64,000 nucleotides of DNA from Eledone cirrhosa. Its lineage: Eukaryota. The stretch covers positions 360,840,001 to 360,904,000 of the forward strand of contig OZ024740.1 of NCBI GenBank assembly GCA_964016885.1, written 5' to 3'. The translations under genes were made by a program, and so were the position numbers. Of the stretch, positions 12,490-24,576 are shown piece after piece (within the stretch, counting starts at the first letter, position 1; the number at the start of each line of letters is the position of its first letter). Below the pieces are notes generated by a model. It had not been told where the DNA came from and did not search any database. It saw only the letters and a program-made list of their open reading frames with translations.

Positions 12490-12990
12490 CAGGTACCTGC
12501 AACTTTATAAAGTACCTGCAACTTTACAGAGTATTAACCATTTCAGAGAGTGTAAACAACTTTACAAAGTATTGGCTACTTTACAGAGTACTCGTTATTT
12601 TACAAAGTACCAAGCACTTTATAGAGTACTGGCCACTGTACAGAGTACCAGCAACCTTACAGAGTATTAGCCATTTAAGCATTTACATTACTCTATATAT
12701 ACTATTATATTTTCACGGTAAAGGCTTTATCTCACATACTATCGAATCTACAAGATTTTGATATTATTTAATTTGAGAACAATACCTTAATGTCAGTATG
12801 AGTGGCTGATTACGACCAGTTTGAACAGAAAGAGGTGAGAGAATTCTGGCCAGATATGGCCGGTTTAAATGGTAAAGGGTTAAGAGAGTATAAACCACTT
12901 TACAAACTATCAGCTACTTTACAGAGTATTGGTCACTTTACAGAGTACCAACCACTTTACAGAGTATCAGTTATTTTACAAGGGATATCA
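12490..12990. repeat. ~19-bp minisatellite interrupted by a family-1 MITE (about 12675-12883)
   Basis: cactttacagagta units on both sides of gcattta...taaatggtaaagggttaa. Confidence 0.75.
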
Positions 12991-13836
12991 ACAAACATCT
13001 ATGTTACATGTCAGCTGCTCATTAAAAACTCATAAAAAGAACATTTGTCCCAATTTGTAACTGTGAGGGAAAATGGCATTTAATAATAGTTCTCTGAAGA
13101 TTGAAGAGTAAAGCCTGGTATGAGATTTCAGTCAATCATCTAATCAAGAAACCAACCATTCAATAGATAAAACTTCAAACAATCAAACCAAATTAAACAG
13201 TTAATAGATTTTTTTTTGATTTTGTTATTTAAAAAAAAATCAGATGCTGCATTTTAAAACAAGGAAATGAAAGGAAAGGGTGAACCAAACTAATTTTTAA
13301 TGGTAAGTAAACCATTATATACAGCGATGGCATTGGAAAGTTAATTTACAACATATCTTATCGACAAGACATGTTCAGTGTAAGACACTGAAACACTCTA
13401 GTTCTTAGGTATATAAAAGAAAATTTTTTTTATTTTATGGCAGAGAGTAGTGGTGGTATTAGCAGTGGTAATAGTAGTGGTGTTGGTAATAGTAGTAGTA
13501 GAATAGTGGCAGCAGTGATGATATGATGATGAACACATCAAATATTTATATTTGTAGACTGACTTTCTCAAGATTACCAGCAGTATAGCTAGGTATCAAA
13601 TATTTATGGTGAGAATCAAATTAGACCGACTTTATCAAGACTACCAGCAGTATATAACTAAAGTAAATTGGTTTCAATAAACAATCAAGAAACTGGCTTA
13701 ACATGAGAGACCTATGGTGCATGGGTGTGTGTATGCTAAACAAACTAACACATGCTTTTTCTAAAAAGAAAATTTGTTTCTGTTTCTTCCTCTTCTTACT
13801 TTCGTCTATATTTTGCTTCTTTTTTTTCTCATTTTA

Positions 13837-13872
13837 TCTTCTGATGAAAGACTATTGTCCGAAATGTTAATA
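13837..13872 (+). ncRNA. Degenerate minimal hammerhead-like motif in a Penelope-like pLTR fragment (about 13780-13957)
   Basis: tctt CTGATGA a agac tatt gtcc GAAA tgt taata; the sister copy at 24401-24510 has aaga after the site, restoring stem I tctt/aaga. Confidence 0.6.
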
Positions 13873-13954
13873 CTCTCTTCCCACTATATCAAGTGTTAAA
13901 CTAATATATATCTTCATTATACTGTATCGTTTTCCTGTCTTGTTTATCTGTTTA

Positions 13955-14838
13955 CTTCTGCTACCTAGGTGACCGAATTAGCAGCGGAGGTGGGTGTTCA
14001 GAAAGTACAATAACTAGGGTAAGAACGGGATGGAAGAAGTTCAGGGAACTACTGCTACTGCTAGCTGCAAAAGGCTTCTTCCTCAAAATGAAAGGCAGAC
14101 TGTATGATGTGTGTATCCGAACAGCGATGTTGCATGGTAGTGAGACCTGGGCGCTGAAGGTGGAAGACTTACATAGATTAGAGAGAAACGAAGCCTGCAT
14201 GCTCCGATGGATGTGTAATAGTAATGTACGCGAACGACAAAGCATAAATGAATTGAGAGAGGGACTGAGCATAAGAGGAATCAAATGCTGTGTGCAGGAG
14301 AGGCGGTTGCGTTGGTATGGACATGTGATGCGTATGAAGGATGGCATAAAAAGGTGCAGAGCACTAGAAGTCGATGGAAACCGCGGAGTGGGGTACCCAA
14401 GATGACCTGGGATGAGGTGATAAAAGCCGACCTTACCCAATTACACCTCTCAAAGGCGATGACACACGACCATGACCTCTGGCGTCACGCAGTAATACAG
14501 AGTACCCGACCTCCCATGGGTACAAGCTGAAGCATATAGACAATATGCCCCCACACCCTCCCACTGCAAGGTGGTCGTGGAGGTGCCACGGCAAAAAAGC
14601 ACCCAGCTCACACTGTAAAGTGGACGTGTAGGCGCCACGAAAAAGCACCCAGCACTCACTGTAAATGAGGTTGGTGTTAGGAAGGGCATCCAGCTGTAGA
14701 AATCAAGCCAGATCAGTTCCTGTATGAGCAAGGCATGGTCAGCCGACCAGACACTGCCCACAACAGGACAACCCGTCTAACCCATGCTAGCGTGGAAGAA
14801 CGGACGTAAAACGGTGATGATGATGATGATGATGATGA
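13955..14838 (+). mobile_element. 5'-truncated RTE LINE family A
   Basis: [27 protein letters not shown]; 3' UTR; (GAT)n tail running into (TA)n. Confidence 0.95.
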
Positions 14839-14944
14839 ATATATATATATATATGCAGAAAGTTAGGTAATAATGATAATTGTTTCTACGTTAGGCACAA
14901 GGCCAGCAATTACCCAGTGCATTACTGGTACTTTATTTTATGAA

Positions 14945-15482
14945 AATATTGTGTACAGTGCTCAGGTGCACTACAACTCATCAAAAAGTGTATGTATAGT
15001 ACATAGGGTAATGTACAAACATCAGGAAAATGAACAGTGCATGAGTCATGATGTGTGCATGTGTATGGAAGGGGGACATCAGGTGTAGTTTTGGCGAATT
15101 TCGGGAAGCATGAGGGTTTTAAAGGATGCAGTGTCTCGACAGCTAACAACTGACGCAGGCAGTTTGTTCCATGCTTCAGCAACTCTAAGCGTGAAAAAAT
15201 GTTTCCGAAAGTCATGGGAGCTGTGCTGTTTTCTGATTTTGTAGGCATGTCCACGTGTGTTAGACACATGGAGATAAAAAAGGTGCTCAGGGTTGTTGTT
15301 GGCGAGATGGTTAATAACTTTGTGGGTGTTTACCAAATCGGTTGCCAGACATCGGAGCTTCAGTGTATCCATGCCCAGGGAAGCAAGGTGTTCAGAGTAT
15401 GGTAGGTGTCTGATGGAGTATGCGTTTGGTTGCACGTCTCTGAACAGTTTCCAGGAGGTCAATGTTCTGAGCAAGATAGTAT
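14945..15482 (-). mobile_element. 3' end of a CR1-group LINE
   Basis: ORF 15079-15474: TRGHAYKI..RKHFFTLRVAEAWNKLPASVV..FK, a typical CR1 RT C-terminus. Confidence 0.85.
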
Positions 15483-15490
15483 TTATATAT

Positions 15491-15694
15491 TAGTATTGGT
15501 GCTCTGAAATAGCGATGTATATATGAATGTATGTATAGTATATTTGATAATATACTGTATATTTAATTTAAAACAGTTTGAAGACCTTTGTTTTTGCTGA
15601 GAATAAGTGACATAGTCACTACTTTAAAATTCATAGCGAATGGTCTTCAAAATGTTTTTTATTAAACATACAGTATATTATCAAATATACTATA
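15491..15694. repeat. Fold-back copy of the 713-1067 family (arms about 15534-15586 / 15642-15694) ending in (TA)n
   Basis: tatagtatatttgataatatactgtat...gaagacc versus ggtcttc...atacagtatattatcaaatatactata. Confidence 0.8.
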
Positions 15695-16002
15695 TATATA
15701 TATATATATATACACACACATTACCTAACTTTCTGCACATGGTTGTTCCACTTCGAACCCTACCAGTAGATCGGAATAATAGAAACTGATGCATTAGTCC
15801 AAGTATCTCAATTATACCCACACAAAGTCATCTTCCTCACTAGTTAACCAGTTGGGTTAGAATTTTAATAATATGGACTTAATTAGCTTATTGAGTGAAT
15901 GAGGAAACTACCGAAGTTGTGTCCATTTTATTTGATAAGCTCCGTATCTTAATTGTATATATACATATGTATATATACATTTCTATATTAAGGCAAGTTT
16001 TG

Positions 16003-16062
16003 AGTTTCATCTGATGATACTGTGAGTTTACAGGAGAAACACCAGAGTAACAGGACTGAAAC
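16003..16062 (+). ncRNA. Type I hammerhead-like motif with intact core nucleotides
   Basis: CTGATGA (16011) ta-ctgtg agtt tacag-ga GAAAC accaga GTA (16047-16049); distal pairing agtttca/tgaaact. Confidence 0.55.
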
Positions 16063-16559
16063 TTGGCATCAATAAAGAAAATATTCATCTCTGCTTTGGT
16101 ATTAAGTACTCATTCGTGTGACCATCAATGTGTGTGTGTAAATAATCGGTTAACTTACAAAGCATTGGGAAATTTGTAATTTGAAAATGAAGTCATCCTA
16201 ATGCAGATAATTATAATAGCTGATCTCAATAAATAATTGTGATTTTTTTCAACTACTATTTATATACATATACATACATAAGTGTGAGTGTGTTTGTATA
16301 CATAAGCAGATGGTGGTGGCAAAGTAGATAAAATATATATATTGTGGTTGATAGTATATGTTCAAAATCATTGGGGCTAATAAAGCTGACTGAAACCAGT
16401 AAAAGATAAAACACACACACATATACATACATGAATGTGTGTGAATATATGTACATGTATGTGTTTATATACACACAAACATATATATAGGAATATGTAC
16501 ATTATTAAATATATAAACATACACACATACATTCATGTAGACAAACATACATACATATT

Positions 16560-16695
16560 TTAATCAAAACAGCCATCAGTTGTAAATATAACAGATCTGA
16601 TATGGTTGTTTGAGACAGAAAATGGAAATGATGTACTGTCATTGAAGTCAGCTGTCATGTTGGTGAAAATTTCTTCAAAATCTTCAGCTTCTCTA
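16560..16695 (-). CDS. Candidate alternative last exon of the RUFY gene: (N)REAEDFEEIFTNMTADFNDSTSFPFSVSNNHIRSVIFTTDGCFD*
   Basis: ataatctCAG acceptor (NAGNAG), phase 2 compatible with exon 46548-46645, 44 further open codons of non-repetitive sequence; no transcript evidence. Confidence 0.4.
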
Positions 16696-17058
16696 CTGAG
16701 ATTATAAATTCACATTCATACCAATAATTATCAGTGCATTTGGCTATGTTAGCTTAAGTGACAAACTAGAAAAGCATTTTTAGATATTTTCTGCTACATT
16801 GTTACAGGATGTTAAGAGCTAACAAAAAAAAAAAAAATTTTAAAAGGGCGAAACAAAAATAATATTTAAAAATAAAGATATATGATGAAAAGAGAGAAAA
16901 GCTAAATTTTAAGGAAATCATTTGTGATTTTCTAAAAAAAAATCTATCAGCTATACATAATCTATTTCTTCAGTGAACTAATTTACACAGGTGAAACCAA
17001 CTGATACAACTACCAAGACAAGGTGAGATAAGTAAGTTAAAGTGTGATAGGGCTTTAT

Positions 17059-17519
17059 AAGAGGTGGGGAACCTTTTTATGCTTCAAGGCCTGCATAGAT
17101 ATTAACTGACAACTAATGACATTTGGAAAAAAAATATTGTTTAGATATTTTACAAAATATATATATTTAGAAAACAGAGATTTAGGGGGCTACAACAATG
17201 CAAATACGACACTGGAATGTTACGTTGGAGATATTTAATTAGTCCTCAAAGTTTTGGGGAAAAAATTCCCTTTGTCAAAAGAAAGGATAAGGAAATTAAA
17301 CTGGAGCACAAGATCTCTATTATATAATTATTTATATAAACTCTAACAAAATTTAAAACAATTTTAAATTAACTAATCTTTTAATGACATTTATGTGATT
17401 TTTTTCTTATGGGAAAGCATTTCAATGTTTGGTTCTAGCGTATGAAAATTTGCCTTCAAATGTCGTGCTTCTTTCAGAAGGCCACATGCAACCTTAAAAT
17501 TACAGGTTCCCTACCCCTG
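17059..17519. mobile_element. hAT-type MITE
   Basis: Imperfect TIRs aagaggtggggaacct / aggttccctacccctg; 8-bp TSD ggctttat / ggcttgat. Confidence 0.75.
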
Positions 17520-17849
17520 GGCTTGATGGTTTACAATAGAATTTGGTGAGGTCAGGTAAATCAGGGATATGGAGGGGTGGAGTATATGTGGGAGAAAGTG
17601 GGAGAGGGGCATGCAAGTAAGGGAGCAGAGCAATATGGTTGCTAACAACAACATCAAGGCTTACTATAGAAAGAGAAAAAAGAAAAAATAAGTAAAATGT
17701 AAAAATAAATAAAAAACAAAAATAAAAACAACAAACAATTCTACAAACAATAAAAAATAAAAACATTATTTTTACTGAAAATTTATAAGAAAATAAAGCA
17801 AAAATATTTACAATACAATAGCAACAACAACAGTGATATAACAACAATA

Positions 17850-18830
17850 ATGATAATGATTTCTTTTATTGGCTACAAGGGCCAAGGACATAGGGTACAA
17901 TACTAGGACAAAGGCAATACAACACAGTGCAGTTTACATCAAGTAAAGGAAAGGGGGCATTACTGAAGTGAAAATGGTAGGAATAATAATAATTGTTTCT
18001 ACTTTAGGCACAAGGCCAGCAATTACCCAGTGCATTACTGGTACTTTATTTTATCGACCCCGTAAGGATGAAAGGCAAAGTCAACCTTGGCGGGATTTGA
18101 ACTCAGATCGTAAAGGAACGTAACTATGCTGGAAAGCATGGCGTCCGACCCTCTACCGATACTGCCAATCCACTAATAATGATTTCATTTATTGGCAACA
18201 AGGGCCGATAATAATGATAAATATATATAAATATATATAAAAATGGGGGAAAAATAAAGAAAAACAAGAAATGTCAACAAGGACAAGTTCCCCAATAGTG
18301 GGGACTAATCTTGGGAAGCTACCCTACACAAAGCCTCAGATTACTGTTATTACTACTGCATTAAAAGTGCCCTCTCCCTATTTCCTTCTTTCTACTTAGA
18401 AAAGTATAGTCAGATTAGGCTCATTCACTTGCATCAATCTCGCTGTTCTCACCTATCTTTCACATAACTCACTAGAACACTGTATAACTTAAAGAAGTTG
18501 ATAGGGCCTTGGGCAGAGAGGAAAGTTCTTGTCCTCAATCCTTTTAGACAAGTCCACCAAACAGCTTCCTTCACCATAACTAACAGAGGAAGTCATACCA
18601 CGTCTCCTTTCTAAAAAAAGGTGGTGGTTCAATCTGCCCTACAGACCCAGCTGGTATTTTTGGAAATTGTCCATGATCCTGGAAGAGTCTGTTTAGATTG
18701 TCTTTGTCAACGCCCAGAGCCACTCCCTGGCTATCATTGATCATACCTTTTACTAACCTTCTATAGAAAGCAAATGTTGTTTTCTGGCCTCCTATCATGT
18801 TGTTTAGTTGGCAAAGTGCCATTAGCACCT
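17850..18830 (-). mobile_element. 3' fragment(s) of a Tx1/L1-like LINE, interrupted by a SINE
   Basis: TFAFYRRLVKG resembles TLAFYSKLVAG at 35.9 kb; shared 3' end aataaa..gaaatcatta. Confidence 0.55.
17991..18172 (-). mobile_element. Young tRNA-derived Nin-domain-like SINE
   Basis: Minus strand: TGGCAGTATCGG A box, GAGTTCAAATCC B box, gcctttcatccttacggggtcgataaaataaagtaccag core; near-identical to 19628-19810 and 46100-46290. Confidence 0.9.
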
Positions 18831-19176
18831 GATAACATTAATAATAATAAGTAACCATTCTGAATATAAAATAATATATATATATAGTTCTGTCAGATAA
18901 CCTCATTAGTGCTGGTGGCATAATAAAATGCACCCTGTTCAAGTTGTAAAGTAGTTGGAAATAAGAACATTCAGCTAGAAAAACCCGGCCAAAAATATAA
19001 TAATTCCAGCTATTCTAGGAGCAAATACACATGGAAACACAAATTACTTTCCAACAAAAGATTGTCCTATTAGGCACTGTGCACATATCAAAGATAGGGT
19101 CTTTGTCGAGATTCGACAGACAGTAGAAGATCCAGTAATCATCATATTTACTGGGAAAAACCTTCAATAATATTAA

Positions 19177-20160
19177 TAATTGTTTCTACTTTTGGCACAA
19201 GGCCAACAATTATCCCAGTGCATTACTGGTGCTTTGCTTTATCGACCCTGTAAGGATGAAAGGCAAAGTTAACCTCGGCAGGATTTGAACTCAGAACGTA
19301 AAGGGCCATGACTCTATGCTGCAAAGCATGGTGTCTGACACTCTACCGATATTACCCATCTACTACCCTTCAATAATAATAGTTTATAATTTAGGCATAA
19401 AGCCAACAATTTGGAGGCAGAGGAAAATTAATTATACTTTATTTCATTAACCCCGGAATGATAAAAGGCAAAGTTGATCTCAGCAGGATTTAAACTCAAC
19501 ATGTAAAGAGCTGGAACAAATACTGCAAAGCATTTATCCAAAGTTCTGTCTCTACTAACACACTGTCCTTAATAATGATTCCTAATTCAGGTAATAACCA
19601 GAATTTTGGGGGAAGGAAAAATTGATTAAATTGTTTCTACTTTAGGCACAAGGCCAGCAATTACCCAGTGCATTACTGGTACTTTATTTTATCGACCCCG
19701 TAAGGATGAAAGGCAAAGTCAACCTCAGCGGGATTTGAACTCAGACCGTAAAGGGATGTAACTATGCTGGAAAGCATGGCGTCCGATCCTCTACCGATAC
19801 TGCCAAACCACTTGACCTCATTACATGACTGGTATTTTATTTTATCAACCTTGAAAGGGTGAAAGGTAAAGTTACCTCAGTGTGATTTGAACTCAGAATG
19901 TAAAGAGCCAGAACAAAATTCTGCTACTGCCAAATATTTAATGACATTTCTAATTTAGGCACAAGGCCAGCAATTTGAGGGGATGGAGCTACTTGATGAA
20001 ATTGACACCCAGAACTTGACTGGTATTTTATATTATTGACCCAATAAGGTATAGTTGACCTTGGCAGGATTTGAACTCAGAATGTAAAAAGCTGGAACAA
20101 ATGAAGTGCCAAATATCACTAAGTCCTTTATCCAATGCTGTTTCTGCAAATCCGCCACTG
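19177..20160 (-). mobile_element. Head-to-tail or nested train of 5-6 Nin-like SINEs
   Basis: gattt(g/a)aactca B-box complement recurs five times in the same orientation. Confidence 0.85.
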
Positions 20161-20175
20161 TAAATGATGATGATG

Positions 20176-20220
<45 letters not shown>

Positions 20221-20257
20221 GACATAAAAATAAAAGCAAAAATGAAAATAATTAAGC

Positions 20258-20307
<50 letters not shown>

Positions 20308-20629
20308 AATAACTTAAAATATCATTCTCAATATCAATGCATAACATCAGCAGCAACAACAACAATAATAATGACAAGTTATAAACATATTTAAAAAAAC
20401 AACATTAAATTCAAATAAAATATAAGGCAAGCAACAATGAAGACACAAATAAATAAAACAGTATGAAATAGGATAAAATGCACAATATTAAACAACAGCA
20501 GCAGCAGCAATAACAACAACAACAACAAACATCAGTAATAAATAAGATTACTATGTTTAACAAAATTTAGATGAGATATAACATATGCAATGTCAAGAAC
20601 TAACCATAATAAGAATTATGTATCATGAT

Positions 20630-20853
20630 TTAACCCTTTAGCATTTATATTATTCTATATATAGTATTGTGTTTTTGTGGTGATGGCTTTATCTCATAAT
20701 TACCTCACAAAATATCAAATCTATGAGATTTTGATATTTATTTTGAGATCAAGACCTTAACATCAATATGAGTGGCCAGTTATGGCCGGTTTGAACAAAA
20801 AGAGGTGAGAAAATTCTGGCCAGATAGAGCCGGTTTAAAAGCTAAAGAGTTAA
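20630..20853. mobile_element. piggyBac-like MITE family 1
   Basis: TTAA ccctttagcattta ... taaaagctaaagag TTAA. Confidence 0.85.
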
Positions 20854-21686
20854 ACTGCCCCAAGTTCTATGATAAAAAACTTTCACCATAATTTTATGTA
20901 AGAACCTTTGTTTAGTTATGTTCCAAATATCACCTTAACTATCCTAAAGCATTCCTGATTCTATAATACAAAACTTTTTATTTTAAAGTGTTTTTATTTA
21001 TCTAAAACCTTTCCATCATAATGTTATGTAAGAACTCATAAGTTATGTTTCAAACACCATATAAATGAGAAAGTTATTTTACTAAAACCCTCCAAATTAT
21101 TTGTAACATAAAGGCACTGTATTTCATTGGAAATATGGTAACGCAAGGATTAATATTTGTTTCTCTATGTTGGCATATGTATATGTGAAGGTAATGTGGT
21201 TTAGTGTTTAGGGTGTTCAGCTTGTAAGTTTGTTTCTTGAGAACATGCTGCATCCTTGAGCATCATTTTATTTCACATTTGCTCCTGTCCATTCTACACA
21301 TACATATACATATAATCATACATATATACACATATGTGCACACATGAAACAAAGACTATAAAAACATATATTACATCAATGTGAAAGATAAAACAAAACA
21401 AGCAACACACATATATACACATCGTTAATAAAATCAGTTTTTAAAATTATTTACCTTATCTTTAGAGCACATATTTACTCTTTCTCTCATACACACACTG
21501 CATTTCAATTAGTGTATATTTACAATATATAAACATCTGTATATATATATCAACTGTTCTACTGCCATCATTATCAACTTTTAATGTCCATTTTTCCAGG
21601 CTGGAATGAGTTGGACAGGTCGTCACAGTCCAAATTACTACTTAATCAGAGTTATTATCCTTCCGTGTATATATATATATATATAT

Positions 21687-21798
21687 AAAGGAAAAAGTAT
21701 GACCCCGACGGCAGAGCTCAAGCCGTTTCGACAGCTATGTCCAGAAATAGCCGTCTAAACGGCTTGAGCTCTGCCATTGGGGTCATACTTTTTCCTTT
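21687..21798. repeat. Hairpin with 52-bp arms and 8-nt loop after (TA)n, containing the 3' half of a hammerhead-like motif
   Basis: Arms 21687-21738 / 21747-21798 with 4 mismatches; minus strand gacggctat-loop-atagctgtc GAAACGGC ttgagctct GCCGTC. Confidence 0.9.
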
Positions 21799-21882
21799 TT
21801 CCCACTCTACTACCCTAAGTATTGAGTACTCTGTTGCGTTATGGTCCTTCTGGTTCCTTACCACAATTCCTTTGTTTTATAT

Positions 21883-23678
21883 ATCATCATCATCATCATC
21901 ATCGTTTAACGTCCGTGTTCCACGCTTGCATGGGTTTGGACGGGGGTTTTCCCACTTGAGGCAAGAGTGGTTATCTTGCTCGCATAGGACTATCTGGCGG
22001 GTTTTCTACAGCTGGATGCCCTTCCTAACACCAACCACATTTACAGTGTGGGGCTGGGAGGTTTTTACCGTGTTGCCTACACGGCCACATTACAGCGTGA
22101 ACTGTGTGTTTTTTTGACGTGACACCTACACGATTTCATGTTTCGGCCTGGATGTTGTGGCACCAACATAACTTTACATTGAAAGGGGCGGTGTGGATGG
22201 GGTGGGGGTGGTGGGACGGGGGTGTATTTTGTTGGAGATACCTACTGACTGTAGTAGGTTTTACTTTGTATTTAGGTAAGGCGGGTCTTCTCTATTACTG
22301 AGTACCGCCAAAGGTCTCGGTCCAGTGACATTGTCTTGGTGAGGTGTAAGTGTGTGAGGTCGGAATTTATCAGGTCGTCCCAGGTTTTTCTGGATCTGCC
22401 TATTCCGTGGCTACCGTCTATCTTTATTGCCCTGCACTTTGTTATACAGCTATCGTCCTTCATGCGCATCACGTGACCATACCAACGTAGCCTTCTCTTG
22501 AGTAAACAACATCTGATCCCTCTTATTTCTAATTTTTTCCTTAGTTCGTTTATGCTTTGCCGTTCACGTATATTACTATTACACATCCAGCGGAACATGC
22601 AAGCTTCGTTTCTCTCTAGTCTGCGTATATCCTCTGCACACAATGCCCAGGTCTCACTGCCATGCAACATTGCTGTTCGTATGCAGGCATCGTACAACCT
22701 GCCTTTCATTTTTAGGGAGAACCCTTTAGCGGCTAATAGTGGTATAAGCTCTCTGAACTTTTTCCATCCAGTTCTGACTCTAGCTACTGTACTTTCAGAG
22801 CACCCTCCCCCACTGCTGATTTTGTCACCCAGGTAATGGAAGCTGTTCACTATTTCTATAGAACCCTCTGCGCAGTTGAAAGAGCTAGTATTTTGTGGGC
22901 ACTTGCTGCTACTTATTGCCCCAGAGCACCGGCCACATGTAAAATCTATGTTCTTAGTTAGCTTACCTGTGATCCCACCACACCTTTTATGGACCCATAC
23001 GTTGCATTTGGGACACAAAATGGAGTTTCTACCTACGCCTTTCCTACACACTGAGCATGGCCACTTCCCGGAGGGGACCGCCGCCTTATTTTCTTTCTTA
23101 CAAACTAGAACTTTAGTCTTAGCCAGGTTAATTTTAAGGCCTTTTGATTCTAGGCCGTGCTTCCATGTTTGGAATTTCTTCTCTAGCTCGGCCATTGATT
23201 CAGCTATGAGCGTTAGATCATCTGCGTATAGGAGTTCCCATGGGCAGCCGGTCTTGAACTCCACTGTTATAGTCTGGAGGGCAATAATAAATAGTAGGGG
23301 GCTAAGAAGAGAGCCCTGATGAACACCAACTTTTACGCTAAACTCTTCACTATATTCGTTAATTCTAACCTTGCTGACTGTTTCTTTATACATGGCTTGT
23401 ATAGCTCTCACAAGCCATTCATCAACACCTAGTTTTCTAAGAGCCCACCAGATAATGGAACGGGGGACTCTGTCGAAGGCTTTCTCCAAGTCGACGAAAG
23501 CTAAGTATAGGGGTTTACTTTTAGCTAGGTACTTCTCCTGTAGTTGTCGTACAATGAAAAGAGCGTCTGTGGTACTTTTGCCTGACACAAACCCGAACTG
23601 CATTTCATCTAGATCAATTCTCTCTCTGATTAGTTGCGCTATTACTTTTTCCGTGACCTTCATGACCTGGTCGATTAA
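21883..23678 (-). mobile_element. 5'-truncated RTE LINE family B with open RT frame (22272-23678)
   Basis: QFGF, FVDLEKAFD, GVHQGS, LYADD, Cys/His finger, YLG, HGSETW, RWYGHV; (GAT)n tail; (TA)n at both ends. Confidence 0.97.
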
Positions 23679-24505
23679 TATATATAGATATATATATATA
23701 TGTGCTTTGAAGCATTTATTCTGACTCTCCTTCATATCCTGGTTCCATCCTTCTTGATGTCCACATTAACCTTAATCAGTCAGAGTTATGTGCTTGACAA
23801 TTACATTGTTGCAAGCAGCATACATGGTATATCTTCTGGCTTTCTGCCTTGTTGTCTCCCTAGACCATACTCATGACAGGAGAAGTGGTGACTTGTAAGC
23901 GTGTGCCACCATTATTCTCCTTCTGTAACACATAAAGAGTATTACTTGTATATACATATGTACATAAATGCACACACACACACACACACACACACACAGG
24001 CATACACATAGATCTAGTGTGTCAATCTCACCAAACAGTTGTTAACTCCCTATGCTGGTCAGTTCATGTGTATACACACATGCACTCAAACATACACAAT
24101 ACATAAACAATAGACCCCCATCTTCACTCATGGATTGATGTACACCATGACATTCATACCCTCACAACTTTGTACAACCAAATACACACCCACTTCTTTT
24201 TCTATCTCCTTTATTCTTATCTTTTCCCTTTGATATTTAATCGACACTAGTCTCATTCAGAAATGTTGACTTTTCAAGATGGCTGATTAACAACAAATAC
24301 ATGCATTTTCTCCTATCTACTTTTCCCTGTTTTCTTTCTTTTCTTAATCTTATCTATCTTCCTTTTTTCCTTTATCCTAAACATCCTCTTTTCTCTCTCT
24401 CATTCTATCTTCCAAAATGTGAAGACTCTTTTTCAACTAAATCAAGTGTTAAACTAATATATCATCATTGTATTGTATTGTTCTCCTGTGTTATTTTTCC
24501 TTGTT

Positions 24506-24546
<41 letters not shown>

Positions 24547-24576
24547 AAAAATAGAGGTGTGACACACGAGTTGTGA

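Noticed and set aside
21454-21500. Possible 43-nt minus-strand cassette exon (CAG...AAG|GTAAAT)
   Set aside because: It breaks the frame between the phase-2 exons and has a weak pyrimidine tract
22498-23724. Plus-strand ORFs over RTE-B (and equivalents over the RTE-A and Dong-like copies)
   Set aside because: Antisense shadows of RT coding sequence
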